Positions 18,476 through 26,633 of a stretch of DNA of 38,573 bases are shown piece by piece. Source of the DNA: Flavobacteriales bacterium UBA6969 (GTDB lineage: Bacteria; Bacteroidota; Bacteroidia; Flavobacteriales_D; Sanyastnellaceae); NCBI GenBank assembly GCA_002448555.1, contig DJYV01000024.1, positions 2,496 through 41,068 of the forward strand, read 5' to 3'. A model generated the notes under the pieces. It was not told the origin of the DNA, did not search any database, and saw only the letters and a list, made by a program, of their open reading frames with translations. A program made the translations under genes and the position numbers. Numbering within the stretch: position 1 is the stretch's first letter; each line of letters opens with the position of its first letter.

Positions 18476-19675
18476 TCACTTCACCGTGCCCGGGTACACA
18501 GACAAGGCCACTCGGAGGCAGGTTACTGCCTTCTCAATTTCCTCACGCTCCAGGACATACGCCATGCGGACTTCTTGCTTGCCGAGGCCTGAGGTGGCGT
18601 AGAACCCTGTATTGGGCGCCATCATAACCGTCGCTCCCTCGTGTTCGAATGACTCCAGCATCCACTGGCAAAACGCATCCGCATCGTCAATGGGCAGCTT
18701 GGCGACCGCGTAAAAGGCCCCGCCCGGCTTTGGGCACGTTACCCCGTCGATGGCTGCGAGCCCATCGACGAGTGTGTCGCGTCGGTCGCGGTAGGAAGAG
18801 CGTACCTCTTGGAAGTAGGCCTCTGGCGTATCAAGGGCGGCTTCAGCGGCGATTTGCGCCAGCGTCGGCGGACTCAATCGGGCCATGGCGAATTTCATCG
18901 CCGCGCGGCGGACTGCTTGGTTCCGGGTCACCAAAGCACCGATGCGCGCACCGCACATGGAGTAGCGCTTGGAGACGCTGTCAACAACCACCGCGTGCTC
19001 CTGCAGTCCGGGAACCGTCAATATGCTGCGGGCATTGGACCCGTCATAGGTAAACTCCCGGTAGACTTCGTCCGCGAACATGAACAAGTCCTTCTCCTGC
19101 ACCAGTGCAGCCAATGCCTCCAAGGCTGAATCGGGGTACTTGGTTCCTGTCGGATTGCCCGGGTTGCAAATCAAAATGGCTTTGGTGCGATCGGTGATGG
19201 CCCGCTCAAATTCGGCCATGGGCGGGAGCGAAAACCCGTCTTCAATGCGCGCCGTTACGGGCACAATTTTGATGCCTGCCAGCGTAGCGAAGCCGTTGTA
19301 ATTCGCATAAAACGGCTCGGGAATGATGACCTCATCTCCAGCGTCCAAGCACGACATGAAGGCAAACACCAACGCCTCTGAACCGCCCGTGGTGACCAGG
19401 ACTTCATCGGCCGTCACGTCCACCCCGACACCGTTGTAGTAGCGAGCCAGCCGCTCTCGGTACCGAGCGAATCCCTCGCTCGGGCTGTATTCCAATACGG
19501 TGCGGTCCACGTTGCGCACCGCATCCATTGCCACCTCGGGCGTCGCGATGTCCGGTTGGCCGATGTTCAAATGAATGACGTGCGTGCCGCGTTCTTTGGC
19601 AGCGTTCGCGAAAGGGGCAAGCTTGCGAATCGGGCTATCAGGCATGGCCTTGCCCTTGGCAGAAATCTCCGGCAT
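18476..19675 (-). CDS. Pyridoxal-phosphate-dependent aminotransferase, class I (aspartate/aromatic type)
   Basis: The N-terminus is MPEISAKGKAMPDSPIRKLAPFA. The PLP-lysine region is VVDSVSKRYSMCGARIG, and NPGNPTG is present. I chose the ATG at 19675 because the TTG at 19696 in the track lies inside a TAAATTTG -7 box. Confidence 0.85.
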   Translation of the reverse strand: MPEISAKGKAMPDSPIRKLAPFANAAKERGTHVIHLNIGQPDIATPEVAMDAVRNVDRTVLEYSPSEGFARYRERLARYYNGVGVDVTADEVLVTTGGSEALVFAFMSCLDAGDEVIIPEPFYANYNGFATLAGIKIVPVTARIEDGFSLPPMAEFERAITDRTKAILICNPGNPTGTKYPDSALEALAALVQEKDLFMFADEVYREFTYDGSNARSILTVPGLQEHAVVVDSVSKRYSMCGARIGALVTRNQAVRRAAMKFAMARLSPPTLAQIAAEAALDTPEAYFQEVRSSYRDRRDTLVDGLAAIDGVTCPKPGGAFYAVAKLPIDDADAFCQWMLESFEHEGATVMMAPNTGFYATSGLGKQEVRMAYVLEREEIEKAVTCLRVALSVYPGTVK

Positions 19676-19693
19676 CGATTGAATGTGTGCGGG

Positions 19694-19701
19694 CAAATTT
19701 A
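19694..19701 (-). promoter_or_regulatory. Candidate -7 box (TAAATTTG) for the aminotransferase gene
   Basis: An exact TAnnTTTG match ends 18 nt upstream of ATG 19675 and overlaps the GNAT stop codon (19699..19701). I did not see a clear -33 TTTG. Confidence 0.35.
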
Positions 19702-20157
19702 GAGCTTCAGCGCCATCATCCGGTGGGGTCCGATCTCCGGGACGTGATAGCCCTCAGAAACAAATTTGAACCCCATGCGCTCGTAGAACGGAAAGGCCAC
19801 TTCGCGGGCGTCGCACCACAGCCAAACAGCCCCCTGCTCACGGCTCCATTTCGCTGCATACCGCACGATGGCTGCCCCTGCTCCACGGCCGCGGACTTCG
19901 GGCAAAGTGCCCATGACACGCAACCGGTAGACGTCATCATCGACCGGAAGAGCTGCTGGAAACCGGTCCGATCGCTGGCGAAACAGGGAGCACACTCCGA
20001 CATGCTCACCCTTCGCATTAAACGCCCCGACGTGATGCGCGTGCTCCGCTTCGTCCACGTCAATGGTGCAGACATCGGGGCTCGGTTTGTGCGGCCACAG
20101 CACCCGGTGGCGCAAAGAACGCGTTTCAGCAGCGGCAATGGAACGGGCTTCGAACAT
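19699..20157 (-). CDS. GNAT-family N-acetyltransferase
   Basis: The product is 152 aa from ATG 20157 (MFEARSIAAAETRSLRHRVLWPHKP...). The acetyl-CoA-binding motif is RLRVMGTLPEVRGRGAGAAIV, and the C-terminal region reads ARE-VAFPFYERMGFKF. The 235-aa track ORF is an unsupported N-terminal extension that overlaps the S4 gene. Confidence 0.8.
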   Translation of the reverse strand: MFEARSIAAAETRSLRHRVLWPHKPSPDVCTIDVDEAEHAHHVGAFNAKGEHVGVCSLFRQRSDRFPAALPVDDDVYRLRVMGTLPEVRGRGAGAAIVRYAAKWSREQGAVWLWCDAREVAFPFYERMGFKFVSEGYHVPEIGPHRMMALKL

Positions 20158-20167
20158 GGGGCGTGTG

Positions 20168-20530
20168 TTAATCCTTGAAGTACTTCTCCCAATCGCGGCG
20201 ATCGTGTTTGGTCGGCCGGCCGACCGGTCGCATGAGGTCGCGTTGTGCCGCGCGGATTTCTTCGAGTTTATGGCGTTGGGATTCGGGCGTGATGTCCCGC
20301 GCGTAATCCGGCACAAGCGCCGCTGATACGCGACTCTTTGGAAAGTCGACCACCTCCCATTCGAAGTAAACGGCTCCTTTGCGGACCCGAATGACATCGC
20401 CTGCATGGACTTCTTGAGCGGGCTTTACCGCCTTCTCGCCCATAAACACCTTACCTTCCCGACAGTGGTTGGTCGCCAGGGAACGGGTCTTGAACGCCCG
20501 AATGCACCAAAGGAATTTATCGACACGCAT
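20168..20530 (-). CDS. S4-domain RNA-binding protein (Hsp15/HslR-like)
   Basis: MRVDKFLWCIRAFKTRSLATNHCREGKVFMGEKAVKPAQEVHAGDVIRV is a typical S4 alpha-L motif. It is followed by a basic C-terminal tail. The protein is 120 aa. Confidence 0.75.
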   Translation of the reverse strand: MRVDKFLWCIRAFKTRSLATNHCREGKVFMGEKAVKPAQEVHAGDVIRVRKGAVYFEWEVVDFPKSRVSAALVPDYARDITPESQRHKLEEIRAAQRDLMRPVGRPTKHDRRDWEKYFKD

Positions 20531-20533
20531 GGC

Positions 20534-20986
20534 TCAGCAGTCAAGGGTTTGTCTAACGGCGGCCAAAGCGCTATGCGCTAAATGCTGATCAGTGAAATCA
20601 TGGAGCGGATGCCAGCGACCTTGCTCATCTTGCCATTGCAATTCCCACGAGTCGATCTTGACGGAGCGCGGCGCCACTCGGCGGTTCATCATCGATTCCC
20701 GGGTGCGTTCCAATTGCACGGCCGAAGCGGTGGGTACGGCCCTCCATTTCCCCCATGCCACGAGTTTGCCCCCCACAATCCACCCGGTATACGAGCGGCC
20801 CCGTCGCGCCTCGGCGTCCCAGACAAAACCGGACTCACACCCCATGAACGCCAGCCCCAAGACCAGCGGCGCAGCGGACCACGCCACCCCCATGTTCGCT
20901 TGGATCCAAAAGGTCAATGCGAAACACGCCACCGCGTGCGGCAGGCACGACCAACTTTGTCCTTCGCTCCAATGCTCATTGTGCAT
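20534..20986 (-). CDS. Hypothetical Trp-rich membrane protein (no family recognised)
   Basis: This 150-aa ATG ORF is wedged with 3-nt gaps between the TonB-receptor stop (20990) and the S4 gene start (20530). It has two predicted hydrophobic segments (AVACFALTFWIQ, APLVLGLAFMG) followed by a soluble tail. Confidence 0.5.
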   Translation of the reverse strand: MHNEHWSEGQSWSCLPHAVACFALTFWIQANMGVAWSAAPLVLGLAFMGCESGFVWDAEARRGRSYTGWIVGGKLVAWGKWRAVPTASAVQLERTRESMMNRRVAPRSVKIDSWELQWQDEQGRWHPLHDFTDQHLAHSALAAVRQTLDC

Positions 20987-20989
20987 GCA

Positions 20990-23407
20990 TCAAAGTTCGA
21001 CAATCAAGCCCAATGCCGGCAAGACGGCGCCCGTGCTTGGATCCAATTCGCGCGCATCGTAGTACCCGGGCTGGGTGACGGACGGCACGGGTTGGCCATT
21101 GAGCGGATTGCGCACCACGTCGATGAACGTGGGCTGCGGAACGGCCGCACCCGTGGCGTTTTGCACTTCAACGAAGACGTCAAGCGACCACCGCTCGAAA
21201 AACCACTTCTTGTCAATGCGGATGTCCAACTGGTGAAACGCACCGTTGCGTTCGGTGTTGAGCAGGCTGTAATCCAGCAATGGTCGCCCGTAAAAGTTCC
21301 ACGTTTCGACCGCAAGCGATTCCATGTCGACGGGCGTATAGGGCAGTCCTCCGCTGAAGAGCAAGCGCGAGCCAATTTCCCAACCGCCTTTGAATTTCTT
21401 GCCGCCCGTGACACTCAAGATATGCCGGTTGTCCCAGCTGGAAGGCACGTATTCTCCACCATCCACGGCATACTCGCTGCGCACAAACGTGTACGCCAGC
21501 AAGCCGTAAAACCCCTGGTAAAGTCGTTGCTGGAGGAGCACCTCTGCCCCGTAGGAGCGTCCGGTGCCATTGAAGGCCACGGCTTCATTTCCAACCACCC
21601 CAAAATCTGCCCCCAAGTTGGCGAGCGGTAAGCCTTGCCGCATGCTCACGGGCGCATTTTGATAGCCCTTCCAAAAGCCTTCAAGGGAAGCCACGATGTT
21701 GCGTTTGCCCCCCTCCCAGCGAATGCCAGCAACGGCCTGCGTGTTGCTCAAGTACCGAGCGTCGGCTCCTGCATTGATGCGCTCTCCGTCCTCTTCATAC
21801 CCGAGGATGGTGTAGGCGGGCAATTGGAAGTAGCGGCCAGTGTTGGCATTGAGCGTCCATCCGGGGGCGAATGCGTATGATGCCGAAAAACGCGGAGATA
21901 ATTGCTGAAGCGGGTTGCGCAGGCCCTCGCCCAAGGTGGATCCGTTGGCTCTAAAACCCGCTGATAACGTCAAACGCTCGTCCAAAACCTTGCGGTTGAC
22001 GGTGCCGAAGACTCCGTACTTGTGCGCCTTCAAATTCGAGGCAAACGCCACGGAATCCAACGTGCCTTCGGCGGGATTGTACCGCTGCTCGGAGGTGCTG
22101 TTATTGTACTTGACGTATTCATACCCCGCTCCCAACGTGGCCTCCCAGCCCTCATCTCCGAAGAGTTTGCGCTCCACGCGGAATTTGTTCTCAATTTCCT
22201 GCGAGAGGTAGTCACGGATCAGCGGAGCATCCTCGTCGTTATCGAGGTGCTTGAACGCACGGTTGTTCAGCATGTTCCGGCTGGCCACCAAGGTCCATTT
22301 GCCGTTGTCCCGGTAGTTGTCCCACCGGATACCCTGGGTGTAATTCCACTGCTTTTGGACATCCAAAGCGCCCAGGATGGCGACCTGATCAATATAATTG
22401 GTCGCCGAGGTATCGTCCGCTATGCCCAAGTTCAATTTGAAGTCATCGAGCGCACCAAGACCAATGACCGTGATGGCGTTTTTGTCGTCGGGGCGCGCAG
22501 TCCACTTGAATTGGTAGTCGTTGTAAATGGGCAAAAACGGGAGCCCCAATGCTTCAAAAACAAATTGTAGGTAGCTCCTGCGCATGCTTAAGATGAGCGA
22601 GGAATTCTCACCGGTCGGCCCCTCCAACGTCAGGCCGAGGTCGCTGGTTCCGACGACCATGTTCGCCGTCCATTCGTCCGTACGGGCCTCTTTGAAACTG
22701 AACTCCATCACCGAGCTGAGCGCGTTACCGCGGGCGGCTGGAAAGGCCCCTGCGTAGAAATCGATGTTCTCCACCAAATCGACGTTGATCATCCCCACCG
22801 GTCCGCCGCTCGCGCCTTGGGTTGCGAAGTGGTTGATGTTGGGGATCTCAATGCCGTCGATGTAAAAACGGTTCTCGTTCGGTGCGCCGCCACGGATGAC
22901 GATGTCGTTGCGGAAACTCGGAATGGCTGCCACACCCGGCAAGGTGCGCAGGGCACGGCTGATGTCACGTCCGCCGCCCGGGTTTCGTTTGATCTCATTG
23001 GTGCCAAGGCTGCGAACACTCAGCGGCGCTTCTGCGACATTGGGCCGGCGACTGCCAACCACTTCGGCCTCTTCTATCGCGATCGAGGCCGGCTTGAGGA
23101 CCACATTTACCACGGCCGGACGCGCCGGCGTCACCTCGATTTCGAACACTGTTTTGGGCTCGTAGCCCACGAAGCTGACTTGGATGTTTTGGATGCCTGC
23201 GGGCACATCCACCAGCTCGTAGTTACCATCAAAATCAGTCGTTATGCCCGCTGTCGACCCTTGCAAAATCACATTGGCAAAAGGGATGGCTTCGTTCGTC
23301 TGTTCATCGTTTACCCGGCCTCGGATAATGCCCAAGGATTGGGCCGCTGCAGAGGCGGTCAAACAGAACAAAGCAGTTCCGATGGCGGCGAGCAATTTCC
23401 AATTCAT
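20990..23407 (-). CDS. TonB-dependent outer-membrane receptor with an N-terminal carboxypeptidase-regulatory-like domain
   Basis: The signal peptide is MNWKLLAAIGTALFCLTASAAAQ and the CarbopepD_reg-like region is GRVNDEQTNEAIPFANVILQGS. Plug motifs are present (RALRTLPGVAA, IRGGAPNENRFYIDGIEI). A beta-barrel follows, ending in LGLIVEL. Confidence 0.85.
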   Translation of the reverse strand: MNWKLLAAIGTALFCLTASAAAQSLGIIRGRVNDEQTNEAIPFANVILQGSTAGITTDFDGNYELVDVPAGIQNIQVSFVGYEPKTVFEIEVTPARPAVVNVVLKPASIAIEEAEVVGSRRPNVAEAPLSVRSLGTNEIKRNPGGGRDISRALRTLPGVAAIPSFRNDIVIRGGAPNENRFYIDGIEIPNINHFATQGASGGPVGMINVDLVENIDFYAGAFPAARGNALSSVMEFSFKEARTDEWTANMVVGTSDLGLTLEGPTGENSSLILSMRRSYLQFVFEALGLPFLPIYNDYQFKWTARPDDKNAITVIGLGALDDFKLNLGIADDTSATNYIDQVAILGALDVQKQWNYTQGIRWDNYRDNGKWTLVASRNMLNNRAFKHLDNDEDAPLIRDYLSQEIENKFRVERKLFGDEGWEATLGAGYEYVKYNNSTSEQRYNPAEGTLDSVAFASNLKAHKYGVFGTVNRKVLDERLTLSAGFRANGSTLGEGLRNPLQQLSPRFSASYAFAPGWTLNANTGRYFQLPAYTILGYEEDGERINAGADARYLSNTQAVAGIRWEGGKRNIVASLEGFWKGYQNAPVSMRQGLPLANLGADFGVVGNEAVAFNGTGRSYGAEVLLQQRLYQGFYGLLAYTFVRSEYAVDGGEYVPSSWDNRHILSVTGGKKFKGGWEIGSRLLFSGGLPYTPVDMESLAVETWNFYGRPLLDYSLLNTERNGAFHQLDIRIDKKWFFERWSLDVFVEVQNATGAAVPQPTFIDVVRNPLNGQPVPSVTQPGYYDARELDPSTGAVLPALGLIVEL

Positions 23408-23516
23408 GGTTTGATAACAAGCCCCTGCAAGGTGCGTTCAATTGTTCGTGCAAAAAAGTCGACAATTTCCAGTGCAGGACGCAACTCGACCGGAATGAAG
23501 ACACTCGGATGCGGTA

Positions 23517-25292
23517 TCAAGCCAGCAAGTCGAGGTCCAATCGCTTGCGCAATTCCTCCAGCTTTGGGTTCTTCTTCACCATCTCATCGTACCGCTCGCG
23601 GTCGTTCATGAATTCCGTGGAAGCCGTCGCGGATTCGAGCTCAGCCATTTCAATAACCAACTTCAAGGTGTCGTTTTCAAGCTGGTCAGCGAAGTATTGA
23701 TTCAGACGCAACTGGACCTCCCGAATCTGCTCCGTTTGCAATCGATTGAGCACGGTCAAGGTGATGGTGGAGTCGTTAAAACCCATGGTGGTCGCCTTGA
23801 GCGTCGTGTGGAGGTTGAACTGCCCTTCCGCCTCGACGGTCACGATGAACGCTTCCCATGCCTTTTCCACGGCCTCTGCGGTGACCGGTTGTTCTCGCAC
23901 AGCAGCGGGCTCAGCCGCCTCTGCGGGCTTCGCCACATCCATCAAGGTTGAAGGGGCGGCAATGCCAAGCGACGGAACCGCTTGCACCGTTGGCGCTTTC
24001 GGTTTTTCGCGAACCGAGGCTGGAGCTGGCGCCGGCTGGTGCGGCTCTTCGGCTTTGGGTTGCTCTGCAGCGGGCGCAGGCTTGGGCTCAGGGTCTGGTA
24101 TCGGGGCGGGCGCAGGCGGCGCGGAAGTGGCAGCGGGGACAGGATTCGCCGGAGCTTTCGGTGATGGAGCGTCGGCAGACCATGCACCGGCTTCAATGGG
24201 CGTCAGTTCAGGCTTTTTTTTTTCGGCCTCCGTGAAAGAAGCGAGCTGCATTAAGGTCAATTCGACAAGCAGCCTTTGGTGGTTACTCCCCTTGTATTGC
24301 ACGTCGGCTTGGTTGACCGCATCCAATGCTCGCACCAAGAACCGCAAGTCCACACTCGCGGACTGGGTGCTGAATTGCGCCTTGACATCGTCTGTCACTT
24401 CCATCAAGGCTACCGTGCTCGAATCCTTGCTCATAAGCAGGTTACGCAAGTGCGCCCCGAGCCCCGAAATGAAGTGGTGCGGATCGAAGCCGCGCGAAAT
24501 GATGCCATCGAGGATGAGCAGCGCTTTGGCGACTTCCGCTTCTCGGACGGCGTCGACCACATCGAAGTAGGTTTCTTGGTCGAGGACGTGCAGGTGTTCT
24601 GCAACGGTCGCGTAGTCGAGTTTCTTGCCGGCGAAGGCGACCAGCTGATCGAAAATGCTCAACGCATCGCGGAGCGCGCCATCTGCCTTAACGGCCACTA
24701 CATGCAGCGCAGCTTCTTCGGCTTCTATCCCCTCCTTCGCGCAGATGCCCTTCAGATGTTCCACCATGTCCGGCACGGTGATGCGGTGGAAGTCGAAGAT
24801 TTGGCATCGCGACAAAATGGTCGGAAGAATCTTGTGCTTTTCGGTTGTGGCGAGGATGAAGACCGCATGTGGCGGTGGTTCTTCGAGCGTCTTCAAAAAC
24901 GCATTGAAGGCCGCCTGTGAAAGCATGTGCACCTCATCGATGATGTAGACTTTGTATTGTCCTTGTTGCGGGGGGATGCGCACCTGATCCACAATCGACC
25001 GGATATCCTCGACCTTGTTGTTGGAAGCGGCATCCAGCTCGAAGACGTTGAACGCGTAATCCTCCTGGTCGTTCGCTTCAAACCCATTGATGGCACGGGC
25101 GAAAATGCGAGCCGACGTGGTCTTGCCCACGCCCCGGGGACCGCAAAAGAGGTAGGCTTGAGCTATTTGCTCTTGGTCAATGGCCTGCTTGAGGGTGCGC
25201 GTGATGCTGTCTTGCCCGACGACCGCGTCCCAGTGTTGCGGGCGGTACTTCCGTGCGGACACGGTATATTGCGGTTGTTGAGCGGCTTCCAT
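23517..25292 (-). CDS. dnaX: DNA polymerase III subunits gamma/tau
   Basis: The N-terminus is ARKYRPQHWDAVVGQ and the Walker A motif is GPRGVGKTT. The DEAH-like motif IIDEVHML and the sensor motif TTEKHKILPTILSRCQ are present. A Pro/Ala-rich linker precedes a tau-specific C-terminal domain. The full product is 591 aa. Confidence 0.93.
   Translation of the reverse strand: MEAAQQPQYTVSARKYRPQHWDAVVGQDSITRTLKQAIDQEQIAQAYLFCGPRGVGKTTSARIFARAINGFEANDQEDYAFNVFELDAASNNKVEDIRSIVDQVRIPPQQGQYKVYIIDEVHMLSQAAFNAFLKTLEEPPPHAVFILATTEKHKILPTILSRCQIFDFHRITVPDMVEHLKGICAKEGIEAEEAALHVVAVKADGALRDALSIFDQLVAFAGKKLDYATVAEHLHVLDQETYFDVVDAVREAEVAKALLILDGIISRGFDPHHFISGLGAHLRNLLMSKDSSTVALMEVTDDVKAQFSTQSASVDLRFLVRALDAVNQADVQYKGSNHQRLLVELTLMQLASFTEAEKKKPELTPIEAGAWSADAPSPKAPANPVPAATSAPPAPAPIPDPEPKPAPAAEQPKAEEPHQPAPAPASVREKPKAPTVQAVPSLGIAAPSTLMDVAKPAEAAEPAAVREQPVTAEAVEKAWEAFIVTVEAEGQFNLHTTLKATTMGFNDSTITLTVLNRLQTEQIREVQLRLNQYFADQLENDTLKLVIEMAELESATASTEFMNDRERYDEMVKKNPKLEELRKRLDLDLLA
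24203..24233 (-). other. Candidate recoding site in dnaX (A10-G slippery run with flanking out-of-frame stops)
   Basis: The minus strand reads ACGGAGGCC GAA AAA AAA AAG CCT GAA CTG ACG. The heptamer A-AAA-AAG is in the same register as the E. coli dnaX shift site. The -1 frame reads GCC TGA and the +1 frame reads AGC CTG AAC TGA. A GGAGG lies 7 nt 5' of the heptamer. Confidence 0.55.
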
Positions 25293-25366
25293 TGGTCATG
25301 CGAATATCGCACGCATTCGAATGCATCGCCAAACCGCTTTATGAACAGGTTTCCCACGGACAAACC

Positions 25367-25398
25367 CTTGGTTTTTAAGGTTCTTCTCTGTACTTTTG
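25367..25398 (+). promoter_or_regulatory. Candidate Bacteroidota promoter for rpsF-rpsR-rplI
   Basis: The sequence reads CTTG-N20-TACTTTTG. The -7 box ends 26 nt upstream of the rpsF ATG. Confidence 0.5.
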
Positions 25399-25424
25399 CC
25401 CCCCATTAATTAAATCCGTTCTAC

Positions 25425-25793
25425 ATGAACCGTTACGAAACTGTTTTCATCATGACTCCCGTGCTATCTGCCGAGCAGGTAGCGGAAACAGTAGAGAAGT
25501 ACAAGGCGTTTCTCAAAGAGCACAAAGGAACTATTGTGCACGAGGAAGCCTGGGGATTGCGGAAGCTGGCTTATCCCATCCAGAAAAAATCAACTGGTTT
25601 CTACCAGTTGCTGGAGTTTGAAGCCGATGCATCTGTTGTCCTGCCCTTCGAAACTGAATTCCGTCGGGACGAGCGCGTCATTCGCTTTTTGACTACGCGA
25701 ATGGACAAGTACCACGTTGCCTACGCTGAATCGCGTCGCAACAAATCCAAGGAGGCTCCTGCCCCCGCTCCCGAAACCACCGAAGAGGCTTAA
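25425..25793 (+). CDS. rpsF: 30S ribosomal protein S6
   Basis: The product begins [30 protein letters not shown]...[18 protein letters not shown] and ends in an acidic/Pro-Ala C-terminal tail. Confidence 0.93.
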   Translation: MNRYETVFIMTPVLSAEQVAETVEKYKAFLKEHKGTIVHEEAWGLRKLAYPIQKKSTGFYQLLEFEADASVVLPFETEFRRDERVIRFLTTRMDKYHVAYAESRRNKSKEAPAPAPETTEEA

Positions 25794-25812
25794 TTCTTAA
25801 AACGACACTACC

Positions 25813-26076
25813 ATGGCTGACAAGAACGTACGTTACCTGAACCCCATCAGCATTGACACGCAAAAGGAGAAGTACTGTCGCTTCAAGAAGAAGGGCATCA
25901 AGTACATCGACTACAAAGACGCGGACTTCCTGCTGATGTTGTGCAACGAGCAAGGCAAGATTTTGCCCCGCCGATTGACTGGAACTTCATTGAAGTACCA
26001 GCGCAAGGCGTCTCAAGCAATTAAAAAAGCACGCCACCTGGCCTTGATGCCTTACGTGGCGGACAACCTCCGATAA
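25813..26076 (+). CDS. rpsR: 30S ribosomal protein S18
   Basis: The product contains [61 protein letters not shown]. Confidence 0.93.
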   Translation: MADKNVRYLNPISIDTQKEKYCRFKKKGIKYIDYKDADFLLMLCNEQGKILPRRLTGTSLKYQRKASQAIKKARHLALMPYVADNLR

Positions 26077-26088
26077 TCCTCAACGATC

Positions 26089-26535
26089 ATGGAAATTATT
26101 CTCAAGCAAGACGTCGATCGACTCGGCAGCAAGCACGATACCGTGACCGTGAAGAGCGGATACGCCCGCAACTTCCTCATCCCCCAGGGCATGGCGATAG
26201 CGGCGACACCATCCGCCAAGAAGGTGGTTGCAGAGGTGACCAAGCAGCAAGCGCACAAAGCCGCGAAAGCGATGGAAGAAGCGCAGGCATTGGTCACCAA
26301 GCTCGAAGGCTTGTCGCTTAAGATTGGAGCGAAGGCTGGTGAGAGCGGAAAGATTTTTGGTTCTGTCAACTCCATTCAAATCGCGGAAGCCATCCAGGCA
26401 GCCGGATACGACGTGGAGCGCAAGACGATCAACATCGCAGAAGACAGCATCAAGGAACTCGGCGAATACGAAGCAGTTGTAAAGCTGCACAAAGAAGTCA
26501 CGGCCACCGTGAAATTCGAAGTCGTCGCCGACTGA
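26089..26535 (+). CDS. rplI: 50S ribosomal protein L9
   Basis: The product begins MEIILKQDVDRLGSKHDTVTVKSGYARNFLIPQGMAI and has a C-terminal globular domain. It is 148 aa. Confidence 0.93.
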   Translation: MEIILKQDVDRLGSKHDTVTVKSGYARNFLIPQGMAIAATPSAKKVVAEVTKQQAHKAAKAMEEAQALVTKLEGLSLKIGAKAGESGKIFGSVNSIQIAEAIQAAGYDVERKTINIAEDSIKELGEYEAVVKLHKEVTATVKFEVVAD

Positions 26536-26557
26536 TTCTGCAGTATTGAAAGGAAAA

Positions 26558-26583
26558 GCCAGGCCCTGGGTCTGGCTTTTTTT
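26558..26583 (+). terminator. Rho-independent terminator of the rpsF-rpsR-rplI operon
   Basis: GCCAGGCC (26558..26565) pairs with GGTCTGGC (26569..26576), including one G-U pair, around a 3-nt loop. Seven T residues follow at 26577..26583. The element lies 22 nt after the rplI stop. Confidence 0.75.
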
Positions 26584-26594
26584 GTACCCGACCG

Positions 26595-26627
26595 TTTCCC
26601 CTCGGCTGCCGCCCCGCCCTACCTTTG
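26595..26627 (+). promoter_or_regulatory. Candidate promoter for uvrB, very close to the start codon
   Basis: The sequence reads TTTC-N21-TACCTTTG. The -7 box ends 6 nt before ATG 26634. Only about 50 nt separate the rplI terminator from the uvrB start. Confidence 0.35.
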
Positions 26628-26633
26628 TTTCAG

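Noticed and set aside
19699-20530. The GNAT acetyltransferase plus an upstream small protein, as a possible GNAT-toxin/antitoxin pair
   Set aside because: The upstream gene is an S4/Hsp15-like RNA-binding protein, not an RHH or Xre antitoxin. The GNAT has the common RHRVLWP...YERMGF housekeeping pattern, and the genes are not overlapping in the TA manner. The proposal is speculative and unsupported.
23940-24200. A repetitive Pro/Ala/Glu-rich stretch in dnaX that looks like a tandem repeat, together with alternative-frame ORFs (23942..24196 minus, 23746..24570 plus)
   Set aside because: This is the low-complexity linker between the clamp-loader core and the tau C-terminal domain. I saw no exact nucleotide tandem repeat. 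The alternative-frame ORFs start downstream of the out-of-frame stops and have no start context.
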